DNA of 64,000 nucleotides, from positions 43,875 to 107,874 of the forward strand of contig CAMVJW010000003.1 of the NCBI GenBank assembly GCA_947167965.1. Reading direction: 5' to 3'. Numbering within the stretch: position 1 is the stretch's first letter; every line of letters begins with the position of its first letter. The notes beneath the pieces are model-generated. The model was given only the letters and a program-made list of their open reading frames with translations. It made no database searches and was not told where the DNA came from. Shown here one piece after another: positions 29,509-39,558 of the stretch. The DNA is from an uncultured Clostridia bacterium. Lineage in GTDB: Bacteria; Bacillota; Clostridia; TANB77; CAG-508. Both the position numbers and the translations under genes were made by a program.

Positions 29509-31098
29509 ATGAAAAAAATAAAAAGTTTAATTATAACTGTATTAATTATAGGATTTGTTTTATTTAGTACATCAATTTCAATGGCAGCAAGTTTAACAAT
29601 TTCAACATCAAAGTCAGAAGCAAAAGAAGGAGAAACAGTTGCAATTACTGTTAATGGAAATGGAATAACAGGAAGAGTAAATTTATCTGCAACAGGTGGT
29701 ACTTTAGAGGATAGCAGTGTATGGGTTGAAAACTCTAAAGCAACTGTAAATCTAACATTAAATGGTAGTGGAGATGCAAAAGTAACTGCTACACCATCTG
29801 ATGTTTCTGATTCTAGTACTGGAGAAGCAGCAAGCGTTTCTTCAACAGGAGCAACTGTAAAACTATCAAAAGATGAACCTACACCTCCTGCAGAAACAGA
29901 TTCAAATAATAATAATAATAATGAATCAAATCAACAAAATGATAATGAAGATAATAATAATAATAACAATAATGATAATAACAGTAGTAATAGCAATAAC
30001 AATAGTAGTAATAATAATCAAACAGAGAAAAAACCTACAGAGACTAAAAAATCAAGTAATGCTAATTTAAATAATCTAGGAATTAAACCAAATGATTTTA
30101 CAGGGTTTAGAGCAGGAACAACATCATATAATGTTACAGTTCCAAATGATGTAGAAAAAGTTAATGTTTATGCAACAGCTGCAGATAGAAATGCGAAAAT
30201 ATCTGGAACAGGAGATAGAAATTTAAATATTGGAGCAAATGCACTTAATGTAACAGTTACAGCTGAAGATGGAACTACAAACACATACACAATAAATGTA
30301 ACTAGAGAAGAAGCTAAACAAGAAGAAAAAACTGAAAATGAGAATAACGAAAATGCAGAAAAAACTGAACAACAAGGGGACCTAACTAAATTAGAAATTA
30401 AAGGATTAACACTAAATCCTCAGTTTTCACCAACAACATATTCATATAAATTAAATGTTAAAAATGATGTGTCAAAATTAGATATTTCTACTCAAACAAG
30501 AAATGACAAAATTAAAGTTGAAGTTGTAGGAAATGAAAACCTAAAAGAAGGAGAAAACATTATTACAGTTTTAGTAACAAATGAGGTTACAAATGATAAT
30601 GCTACATACCAAATTGTTGTAAATAAAGAAGCTAAATCAGAAAATACTCAAGTTGCTACAAATAATTCAATATCAAAAGCAAATAAAATAAGAAAAATAC
30701 TATTTATATTAATTCTAGTTTTTGTTGCATTAATTATAACAGGATTTATCATATATTTTAAAAATAAGAAAAATGAAGAAGATGACGGTATATATGAATA
30801 TGATGAAGAAGATTTAGATAACACTGAAAATGAAGAAAATAATAAAAAAATTGATTTAAATGAAGATGAAGAATTATTTAAAAGAGTAAATAGACAAAAA
30901 TTTTCAGTTGCAAAAGAAGCAAATAAAATGTTACAAGATGATAATAAAAATGAAATGAGTAACAGAATAGATACAGAAAATAAAAATCCTGAAAGAATTG
31001 GAAATATTGAAATAAAAGAAAAGAAAAACAATTCTAATAATATGATTGAAGAATATTTTAGAACATCAAAATCAGATAAAAAAGGAAAACATTTCTAA
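29509..31098 (+). CDS. type I membrane-anchored surface protein: Ig-like N-domain, poly-Asn linker, two cadherin-like beta-sandwich domains, TM helix, charged cytoplasmic tail
   Basis: Signal peptide. SNANLNNLGIKPNDFTGFRAGTTSYNVTVPNDVEKVNVYA..TYTINVTRE and LTKLEIKGLTLNPQFSPTTYSYKLNV..ATYQIVVNKE repeats. TM ILFILILVFVALIITGFIIYF. Starts 14 nt after the dockerin gene. Confidence 0.65.
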   Translation: MKKIKSLIITVLIIGFVLFSTSISMAASLTISTSKSEAKEGETVAITVNGNGITGRVNLSATGGTLEDSSVWVENSKATVNLTLNGSGDAKVTATPSDVSDSSTGEAASVSSTGATVKLSKDEPTPPAETDSNNNNNNESNQQNDNEDNNNNNNNDNNSSNSNNNSSNNNQTEKKPTETKKSSNANLNNLGIKPNDFTGFRAGTTSYNVTVPNDVEKVNVYATAADRNAKISGTGDRNLNIGANALNVTVTAEDGTTNTYTINVTREEAKQEEKTENENNENAEKTEQQGDLTKLEIKGLTLNPQFSPTTYSYKLNVKNDVSKLDISTQTRNDKIKVEVVGNENLKEGENIITVLVTNEVTNDNATYQIVVNKEAKSENTQVATNNSISKANKIRKILFILILVFVALIITGFIIYFKNKKNEEDDGIYEYDEEDLDNTENEENNKKIDLNEDEELFKRVNRQKFSVAKEANKMLQDDNKNEMSNRIDTENKNPERIGNIEIKEKKNNSNNMIEEYFRTSKSDKKGKHF

Positions 31099-31191
31099 AA
31101 TTAAAAAAATATATTGCCAAATAAACAAAACTGTAATATAATCGTAAAAAAAATGTAATGATAATGTAAAAACAAAGGAGATAGATACACA

Positions 31192-32202
31192 ATGTTTAAA
31201 TTTGGTTGGGGTCAAGATATAGGTATAGATTTAGGTACAGCTACTGTTATTGCATACATTAAAGGAAAAGGCATAGTATTACGAGAACCATCAGTTGTTG
31301 CAGTTGACAATAATACTGGAGAGGTTGTTGCAGTTGGAATAGAGGCAAGAAGAATGCTAGGAAGGACACCTGGTAATATAGTAGCTACACGTCCATTAAG
31401 AGATGGAGTAATATCAGATTATACAGTTACAGAAAAAATGTTAAAATACTTTATAAAAAAAGTTGGAGATAAGACATTGTTTGCACCTAGAATTATGATC
31501 TGTATTCCATCTAGAGTTACAGAGGTAGAAAAAAAAGCTGTAATAGATGCTGCTACTAATGCTGGAGCTAGAAAAGTATATTTAATAGAAGAACCAATTG
31601 CAGCTGCAATTGGTGCTGGAATAGACATTTCAAAGCCATGTGGCAATATGGTTGTTGATATTGGTGGTGGAACAACAGATATTGCAGTTATTTCATTAGG
31701 AGGGTCAGTTGTAAGCACTTCTATTAAAGTAGCTGGAGATAAATTTGATGAATATCTTATTAAATATATAAAGAAAAAGTACAACTTAGCAATTGGTGAA
31801 AGGACAGCAGAAGATTTAAAAGTAAATGTTGGGTGTGTATATCCAAAAATTCAAGATGTAGAAATGGAAGTTAGAGGAAGAGATTTAACAACAGGACTTC
31901 CAACAACAGTTACAATTCATTCAAGTGAAATGCTTGTTGCTTTGCAAGAACCAGCAAATATGATCGTAGATGCAGTTCATTCTGTACTTGAAAAAACACC
32001 TCCAGAGCTTGCTGCAGATATCAGTGATAAAGGAATCTATATGACTGGTGGAGGATGCTTAATAGATGGATTAGACAAATTACTAAAGGAAAGAACAGGC
32101 ATAAATGTAATGATAGCACAAGATGCTGTATCATGTGTTGCTTTAGGTACTGGTAAAGCACTAGATAATTTAGATTATTTGGATGACAAAGCACGTAGAT
32201 AA
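31192..32202 (+). CDS. mreB: rod shape-determining actin homologue MreB/Mbl
   Basis: DIGIDLGTATVIAY, EPSVVAV, VDIGGGTTDIAVISLGG, and GIYMTGGG motifs. 336 aa. Confidence 0.9.
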   Translation: MFKFGWGQDIGIDLGTATVIAYIKGKGIVLREPSVVAVDNNTGEVVAVGIEARRMLGRTPGNIVATRPLRDGVISDYTVTEKMLKYFIKKVGDKTLFAPRIMICIPSRVTEVEKKAVIDAATNAGARKVYLIEEPIAAAIGAGIDISKPCGNMVVDIGGGTTDIAVISLGGSVVSTSIKVAGDKFDEYLIKYIKKKYNLAIGERTAEDLKVNVGCVYPKIQDVEMEVRGRDLTTGLPTTVTIHSSEMLVALQEPANMIVDAVHSVLEKTPPELAADISDKGIYMTGGGCLIDGLDKLLKERTGINVMIAQDAVSCVALGTGKALDNLDYLDDKARR

Positions 32203-32289
32203 TTTGTTTAATACTTAAATAACAATAATAGATTATAAAAAGTATAAAAAATACAATAAAAAGCAATAATATAATTTAAAGGTGATAAA

Positions 32290-33511
32290 ATGAAATTAAC
32301 CAGAAAAATTATAATTATTGCTTTTTTATTTATTATTTACTTATACACAGTAGTAATAAGTAAAATGCCAAATAGTATTATTTTAACAGATGGAGACAAT
32401 TTAAAACTACAAAAATTCTTAGGTATTACTTATGAAATAAATGATAAAAAACTTGATTCAATACAAGTCTCATCAAATTTTAATTCAGAAAATCAAAAAA
32501 ATAAAACAATAGAAGTAAAATTATTTGATTTAATAAATGTAAAAAAAATCAACATAGATTATATTGAAAATATAAATGTTATTCCTGTAGGTCAATTAAC
32601 TGGTATAAAATTATATACCAATGGAGTATTAGTTGTTGGGATGAGTGAAATAAAATCAATAGATGATATTAAATATAAACCATATGAGAATTCTGGAATT
32701 GAAGAAGGAGATAGAATAATTAAAATTAATAATAATGATATAGATAATACCAATCATTTAATAAATATAGTCAATAGTTCAAATGGAGAAAATTTAGAAA
32801 TACAATATGTTAGAAATGATCAAAAATATACAACTACAATCAAACCAATTAAATCAAAAGACGGAAATTATAAATTGGGACTGTGGATAAGAGACACAGC
32901 TGCTGGAATTGGCACAATTACATTTTATGAACCATCTACAGGAAATTTTGCTGCACTTGGACATGGAATTACAGACATAGACACAGGAGATTTAGTAGAA
33001 ATATCAAATGGAGAATTTATAACAACCAAAATCTTATCACTAATAAAAGGGTTAAAGGGAAAACCTCGGAAAAATACAAGGAACAATAGAAAATGAAAAA
33101 ATAATGGGAAAGATTTATAAAAACAGTAATTTAGGAATATATGGAACATTAAATAATATATCATCATTTAACTTAAATTTTTCAAATGAAATTCCTATAG
33201 CTAAAAGAAATGAAATAAACTTAGGTAAAGCTAAAATATTATGCAATTTAGAAGGTGACACTATTGAGGAATATGAAGTAGAAATAGAAAACATATATTT
33301 AAATAATGATTATGATAATAAATCAATGTTAATAAAAATTCAAGATAACAGGTTATTAGATAAAACAGGAGGAATAATTCAAGGAATGAGTGGATCACCT
33401 ATTATACAAAATAATAAATTAGTTGGAGCAATAACAAATGTACTAGTAAATGACCCCACAAGAGGATACGGTGTATTTGGAGACCTTATGATTAAAGAAA
33501 TGACAAAATAA
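32290..33511 (+). CDS. spoIVB: SpoIVB peptidase (S55), read as two ORFs (32290..33096 and 33104..33511) split at an in-frame CGG
   Basis: TM anchor, PDZ (GIEEGDRIIKINN), WIRDTAAGIGTITFYEP and ALGHGITD in part 1. Catalytic-Ser region IIQGMSGSPIIQNNKLVGAITNV in part 2. Omitting C33067 gives KGLKGKP-GKIQGTIENEKIMGKIYKNSNLGIYG. Confidence 0.85.
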
Positions 33512-33517
33512 TTTCAA

Positions 33518-33598
33518 TTTGGGGACAGTCCCGTTTCAAAATGGGGACAGTCCCGTTTTCAAAACGGGACAGACTTACTTGAATTTTGGGACACACTT
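33518..33598. repeat. GGGACAG-type interspersed repeat, locus B (four units), also serving as a bidirectional terminator
   Basis: TTTGGGGACAGTCCCGTTTCAAAA / TGGGGACAGTCCCGTTTTCAAAA / CGGGACAGACTT.. / TTGGGACACACTT. Includes the palindrome GTCCCGTTTT-C-AAAACGGGAC between convergent spoIVB and feoB. Confidence 0.75.
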
Positions 33599-33607
33599 AT
33601 AAAGTTA

Positions 33608-35600
33608 TTATAAAATTTTAAAAACAAATTTTAATGCATAATTATTAATAATACAAATGATTATTCCACAAATAGTTGGTAAAATAAAACTTAAAAATGT
33701 CCATTTGAATTTTTTTGTTTCTTTAAATATTGAGATCAGGGTAGTAGTACATGGAAAATGTAGAATTGTAAATATCATTGTATTTATAGCAGTGATTATG
33801 GTCCAATTATTTTTGGTTAGAATATCTGAGATAGTAGTATAATCAGAAATACTATTTAGTGTTGAATTACCTAAATATGACATAAGAATAATTGGTAAAA
33901 CTATTTCATTTGCAGGCATTCCAAAAATAAAAGCAACTAAAATATATCCATCCAATCCCATAAGTTTTGCAAAAGGATCAAGGAAATTTATTATATAATT
34001 TAAAATTGACATTCCATTAATACTTAAATTAGAAAATATCCAAATAACAGCTCCTGCCGGAATTGCAACTTCAATTGCTCTTAGCAAAACAAAAATTGTC
34101 CTGTCAAAAATTGAACGTATAATAATTTTACCGCATTTGAGGTCTTCTATATGGTGGTAATTCTAGTATAAATGTAGATGAATCGTTTTTAAAAAATAAT
34201 TTTGAAATAAGGTTTGATATAAACATTGATAAAAAAATGCCAATCAAAATTATTAATATTACACTTAATGTTGCTATAATCGATTTAAAGTGCCCAGAAA
34301 AAAGCCCACCTAAAAAAATAGTTGATATTGTTATTAAAAAGGGATATCTGCCATTACAAGGAACAAAAGAATTTGTTACTGATGCAATAATTTTTTCTTT
34401 TTTTGATTCGAAAATCCTAGTACCTACAACACCTGCTGCATTACATCCAAACCCCATACACATTGTTATCATTTGTTTTCCAGATGTACCACATTTGCTG
34501 AAAAAACCATCTGTATTAAAAGCAAATCTTGGCAGGAAACCTAAATCTTCTAAAAAGGTGAAAAGAGGAAAAAATATAGCCATAGGAGGGAGCATTACAG
34601 AGATTATCCATGTAACAGTTTGATAAATTCCATATATAAATAAATTATTAATCCATTCTGGAAATGGTAAAATACTAAAAAGCTGTATTAATATAGTTTG
34701 TATATATGAAAAAAAGTTAAACAAAATTTGAGAGGGATAATTACTTCCAACAATTGTAAGCCAAAAAATAATTCCTAAAAATGCTATCATGATTGGAATT
34801 CCAAACTTTTTTGATGTAAGTATTTTATCAATTTTGATATCAATATTTGTTTTTTCTTTTTTATCATAAGAACATACTTCAGAACAGATTTTAGCAGATT
34901 TATTTACAATATCTATTACATAATTATCATCCAATTGTTTATTTTTTATTTTATTTAAAAATCTGTTATTTAATTCTTTTGCATCTTTTGCATCTTTTGT
35001 ATTTTTACCTATATTATTATTGTTATTGTTGTTGTTTCTTTTTTTATCAAATTTTACAATTTCATTATAAATTTGGATTATTGAATTTTTCTTTTTAGCT
35101 ATTGTTCCAATCACAGGCAATTCAAGAAGTTTAGATAATCTATTAAGATTTATTTTTATTTTTTTCTTTTTAGCCTCATCAAGTAAATTTACACATACAA
35201 TTACATTTTGTGTTAGTTCTTTTACTTGAAGAACAAGAGGGAGACACCTTTGAAGATTTGTTGCATCTACAACTACAACTACTATATCAGGATTTCCAAA
35301 ACATATATAATCACGTGCAATTTCTTCTTCCTCTGAATTAGAAATTAATGAATATGTACCAGGAAGGTCAACAAATAAAAATTGTTTATTATTGTTTGTT
35401 GACACCCCAAAAGCATTAGAAACAGTCTTTCCCGGCCAGTTACCAGTATGTTGTTTTAAACCTGTTAGGCTATTGAAAATAGTAGATTTTCCTACATTTG
35501 GATTTCCAGCTAAAGCAATTGTATAATTACTTTTAGATTTTAATTCTATATAAGTATCATTTAAAATATTTAAACCAGTTGAATTTGATGTAAGACCCAT
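33608..35600 (-). CDS. feoB: ferrous iron transporter FeoB, read as two ORFs (34128..35600 and 33608..34087) split at an in-frame CGG
   Basis: G-domain ALAGNPNVGKSTIFN, DLPGTYSL; membrane domain with ELPPYRRP gate motif. Minus-strand ATG CGG TAA at 34136..34128. Omitting the C gives ..PQM-GKIIIRSIFDRTIFVLLRAIEVAIPAGAVIW. Confidence 0.9.
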
Positions 35601-35618
35601 TAAAACTCCAATTCCTTT

Positions 35619-35840
35619 CTATTTTAAATATATTTTTTTTGCATAATCTTTTCTAATTGCAATTAAACATTCTCTAAATTGATATGCACGAGGATCACCA
35701 GAAGGACTTATAAATAAAGGGGTAATTTTAGTATTCTTAATTAATCCAAGGTTTAAAAAACGTTTTTTTATATTAGGTGGTAACTCTAAATCTGCAATTA
35801 TACCGGTTTTATTTAATTGTAATTTATCTAAACTATACAT
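35619..35840 (-). CDS. feoA: FeoA family protein
   Basis: 73 aa, SH3-like FeoA (LGLIKNTKITPLFISPSGDP), immediately upstream of feoB. Confidence 0.8.
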   Translation of the reverse strand: MYSLDKLQLNKTGIIADLELPPNIKKRFLNLGLIKNTKITPLFISPSGDPRAYQFRECLIAIRKDYAKKIYLK

Positions 35841-35975
35841 AAGTTATACCTCAGTATAGTATATTAAAATAACAAATAAATGTGACAATTAAAGAGATTA
35901 TAATAAACCTTGACATTTGGTTAATATTAGTATAAAAATATAATATAAAAATTAAAGAAAAAGGATGGATATAAA

Positions 35976-36434
35976 ATGGAAAAATTAAGAGGATTTGAAG
36001 TAGCAAAAGGATATGAAGACAAAAACATAAATTTACCTAGAAGAAAAACTATGTATTCAGCAGGGTATGATGTGGAAGCGGCAGAAGATATTATAATTCC
36101 AAAGTATTATCCAGGGATCAAGCCAACATTAATACCAACAGGATTAAAAGCATATTGTCAACCTGATGAATGTTATTTATTATTAAATAGAAGTAGTGGA
36201 CCAAAAAAAGGATTTGTTTTAGCAAATAGTGTAGGAGTAATAGATGCAGATTATTATGAAAATATAAATAATGATGGACATTTTTATTATGCATATTTTA
36301 ATTGTAGCGATCATGATATAGAAGTTAAAAAAGGTGACGTAATAGGACAGGTTGTGTTTACTAAATATTTAGTAGTTGATAATGACAGAGCTGAAGGAAT
36401 AAGAACAGGAGGATTTGGATCAACAGATAAATAA
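35976..36434 (+). CDS. dut: dUTP diphosphatase
   Basis: SAGYDV, RSSGPKKGFVLANSVGVIDADY, and C-terminal RTGGFGSTDK motifs. Confidence 0.8.
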   Translation: MEKLRGFEVAKGYEDKNINLPRRKTMYSAGYDVEAAEDIIIPKYYPGIKPTLIPTGLKAYCQPDECYLLLNRSSGPKKGFVLANSVGVIDADYYENINNDGHFYYAYFNCSDHDIEVKKGDVIGQVVFTKYLVVDNDRAEGIRTGGFGSTDK

Positions 36435-36471
36435 ACCTACTATTAGGTAAATTAAGAAAGGAAAAATTTTA

Positions 36472-38127
36472 ATGGCAAAAATTAAAGCTTTATTAAATAA
36501 AAATAAGAAAATAATTTTTGAAATAGTAGCAATTTTAATAATTGCTCTATTTTCATATAGTTTAGCACCTAAGACATTACAAAATGATACATTTTATACA
36601 ATACCTATTGGAAATCTAATTATGGAAAATGGGATAGATATGAAAGACCATTTTTCATGGCATGAAGACTTACCATATACATATCCACACTGGCTATATG
36701 ATGTTATAATGGCTAAAATATATAATTTTGGCGGATGGAATGCAATATACAGTTCAGTTTGTGTATTATCAATATTTATGGGGATATTGATATATGAGGT
36801 AAACCGAAAGCTAAATAAAAATCAAATAATATCTTTTTTAATTACTATAGGAGCAATGTATTTATTAAAAAGCTATATTGCTGCAAGGGCACAGCTTGTA
36901 ACATTTATAATATATATAGGGGTAATTTATTTTATAGAAAAATTTCTCCAAAATCCAAAAAAAATCATTTATGCAATTGGAATTATTTGTTCATCTGTTC
37001 TAATTGCAAATCTGCATATTGCTGTGTGGCCATTTTTCTTTGTCGTTTTTTTGCCATATATTGCAGAATATTTTATTGCAATTTTATCAGATATTATAAT
37101 CTATAAGAAAATCAATATCTTTATTAAAAAAAGACAATTAAAAAAATATAAAAATGACAATGAAAAACTAGAAAAAATAAACAATTCATTAAATGAAATT
37201 TTTGAAACTAATAAAAAAGTAGAAGAATATAGAAAAACTCAAAACAAATACAAAATAAGAATAGAAAAAAACAAAAATGTAAAATGGTTAATTCTAATTA
37301 TGATAATATGTATTGGAACAGGATTATTAACACCTTTAGGAACAAATCCATACACATATTTAATTAAAACAATGCAAGGAAATACTACAAAAAACATAAA
37401 TGAACATCTGCCACTAACTTTAATAAATGATACTGAAATTCTTTGTACTATAGTTATTTTAGTTGCTACATTGACATTTACAAAAGTAAAAATTAGATTA
37501 TCAGATTTATTTATGATAGGTGGTTTAACATATTTAATGTTCTTTTCAAAAAGGCAATCAACAATGTTTGTTATATTTGGATCAATTATCCTAAATAGAT
37601 TATTAATAGAGTGTATTGACATTTATGGAATAAAAGAAAGCCTTAAAAAGAAAGTAAATAACTTCTTTAAAATTGGATTTATTGTTTTAGGAATGTGTTT
37701 AATTGCTATTTTTAGCTTTGACAATATATATAATAATAGAAATAGACCATTTGTTAGTGAAAACACATATCCAGTTAAAGCAGCTGATTGGATTTTAGAA
37801 AATTTAGATATTAATAATATAAAACTATTTAATGAATATAATTATGGTAGCTATCTTTTATTTAAAGGTATACCAGTATTTATAGATTCAAGGGCTGATT
37901 TATATGCACCTGAGTTTAATGGTAGAACTGATGATATATTTATGGAATTTATAAATACTTCAGGTATAGGAAAATTCTATGGTAATACTTTTAAAAACTA
38001 TGGAATAACACATGTTATAGTTTACAAGAATTCTAAAATGTCTATGATAATTGATAATGCAGATAGAGAGAATTATAATAAAATCTATTCGGATGATAGT
38101 TTTGTTATTTATGAGATAATTAAGTAA
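36472..38127 (+). CDS. large polytopic membrane protein with C-terminal soluble domain (possible GT-C type glycosyltransferase)
   Basis: About 11 TM segments, one long charged loop (KKRQLKKYKNDNEKLEK...), and a soluble about 130-aa C-terminus. Function is a guess from topology only. Confidence 0.35.
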   Translation: MAKIKALLNKNKKIIFEIVAILIIALFSYSLAPKTLQNDTFYTIPIGNLIMENGIDMKDHFSWHEDLPYTYPHWLYDVIMAKIYNFGGWNAIYSSVCVLSIFMGILIYEVNRKLNKNQIISFLITIGAMYLLKSYIAARAQLVTFIIYIGVIYFIEKFLQNPKKIIYAIGIICSSVLIANLHIAVWPFFFVVFLPYIAEYFIAILSDIIIYKKINIFIKKRQLKKYKNDNEKLEKINNSLNEIFETNKKVEEYRKTQNKYKIRIEKNKNVKWLILIMIICIGTGLLTPLGTNPYTYLIKTMQGNTTKNINEHLPLTLINDTEILCTIVILVATLTFTKVKIRLSDLFMIGGLTYLMFFSKRQSTMFVIFGSIILNRLLIECIDIYGIKESLKKKVNNFFKIGFIVLGMCLIAIFSFDNIYNNRNRPFVSENTYPVKAADWILENLDINNIKLFNEYNYGSYLLFKGIPVFIDSRADLYAPEFNGRTDDIFMEFINTSGIGKFYGNTFKNYGITHVIVYKNSKMSMIIDNADRENYNKIYSDDSFVIYEIIK

Positions 38128-38175
38128 AAATATTACAATTATGATTACAAAGACCTAAAAGGAGGTATTAAGATA

Positions 38176-39558
38176 ATGGATAATTCTGTTAACTTTAAAC
38201 AGTATAGAGAAAAATATAAAGAATTTCACTATAATAAGTATTCAATTCAGGAAGACGATAAAGAATTTATTTTACAATTTGAGTTTGAAATACCAGGATT
38301 AATTAAATTTAATCCTAAAACTAGAATATTAAAAAAATCATTTAAATGGAAAGATATAAATAATAATTATGTTAAAAACATGGTTTTCCATATTGGCCTT
38401 ATAGAACTAATAAGTTATTGGAAATGTGTATGCCCACCTAATATTATTATTAAATGTGGATATTTAAATGAAGAACAGATAGCATGGTGGAAAAAACTAT
38501 ATTTTTTCGGATTAGGAGAATTATTCTATACAAATAATATAAAAGCTAATTTAGAAGATTTTGTATCAATTATATGTTATGATGAGAAAAAGCAAATCGA
38601 TTATGAAAAAATAGAGGAAAGCTTTAGTGGATATATTGTACCAATTGGGGGAGGAAAAGACTCGATTGTTACACTAGAAACTCTTAAGCTAGACAAAAAT
38701 AATGATTATTGTTTAATTATAAATCCCAAAACTGTAACTTTAAAATGTGCAAATTTAGCAGGATTTAATCAAGAAAATATAATTGAGATTTATAGAACAA
38801 TTGATAAAAATTTATTAGATCTAAATAAAAAAGGTTGCATTAATGGCCATACTCCGTTTTCTACAATGCTAGCATTTGTGTCGTATTTTGTTGCATATAT
38901 GTTATCTAAAAAATATATTGCCTTATCAAATGAAAATAGTGCGAATGAATCAAATGTTGTAGGGGAAAAAATAAATCATCAATATTCAAAAAGTTTTGAA
39001 TTTGAATGTGACTTTGAAAGCTATTCTGATAAATATTTAAAAGCACCAGTAAAATATTTTAGCTTTTTAAGACCACTTAATGAATTACAAATAGCTAAAA
39101 TATTTTCAAAACACAAAAAATACCATACTGTTTTTAAAAGCTGTAATGTTGGAAGTAAAGAAAAAGAATGGAAATGGTGTTGTAATTGTGCAAAATGCTT
39201 ATTTGCATATATAATATTAAGTCCATATTTGTATAAAAAGGAATTAATTAATATATTTGGAATGGATTTATTTGAAAACAAAGAACTACTAAAAACATTT
39301 TTAGAATTAACAGGAAATGGTAAAACCAAACCATTTGATTGTGTTGGAACATTTGAAGAAGTAAATTTTGCTATTAGTAAAACAATAAAAAACATTGAAA
39401 AGCAAAATATTAAATTACCTTATTTATTAGAATACTATAGAGTAAACTTTAAATTAATGGATACCTCTAATGATATTACTATGAGATATAATGATTCTAA
39501 TAATTTAAGTGAGGAACAAAATTCTTGGCTAAGAAATGAGGTTTTTAAAAATGATTAA
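38176..39558 (+). CDS. PP-loop-like ATP-utilising protein of unnamed family, candidate MurL-type epimerase
   Basis: 460 aa. IVPIGGGKDSIV (SGGxDS-like PP-loop) and Cys cluster CNVGSKEKEWKWCCNCAKC. Its stop overlaps the murD start by 8 nt. Confidence 0.4.
   Translation: MDNSVNFKQYREKYKEFHYNKYSIQEDDKEFILQFEFEIPGLIKFNPKTRILKKSFKWKDINNNYVKNMVFHIGLIELISYWKCVCPPNIIIKCGYLNEEQIAWWKKLYFFGLGELFYTNNIKANLEDFVSIICYDEKKQIDYEKIEESFSGYIVPIGGGKDSIVTLETLKLDKNNDYCLIINPKTVTLKCANLAGFNQENIIEIYRTIDKNLLDLNKKGCINGHTPFSTMLAFVSYFVAYMLSKKYIALSNENSANESNVVGEKINHQYSKSFEFECDFESYSDKYLKAPVKYFSFLRPLNELQIAKIFSKHKKYHTVFKSCNVGSKEKEWKWCCNCAKCLFAYIILSPYLYKKELINIFGMDLFENKELLKTFLELTGNGKTKPFDCVGTFEEVNFAISKTIKNIEKQNIKLPYLLEYYRVNFKLMDTSNDITMRYNDSNNLSEEQNSWLRNEVFKND

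Noticed and set aside
29590-29880. Calling the N-terminal module of the surface protein a cohesin
   Set aside because: It is about 95 aa, shorter than classical cohesins, and I cannot point to cohesin signature segments. It is kept only as a hypothesis in the findings.
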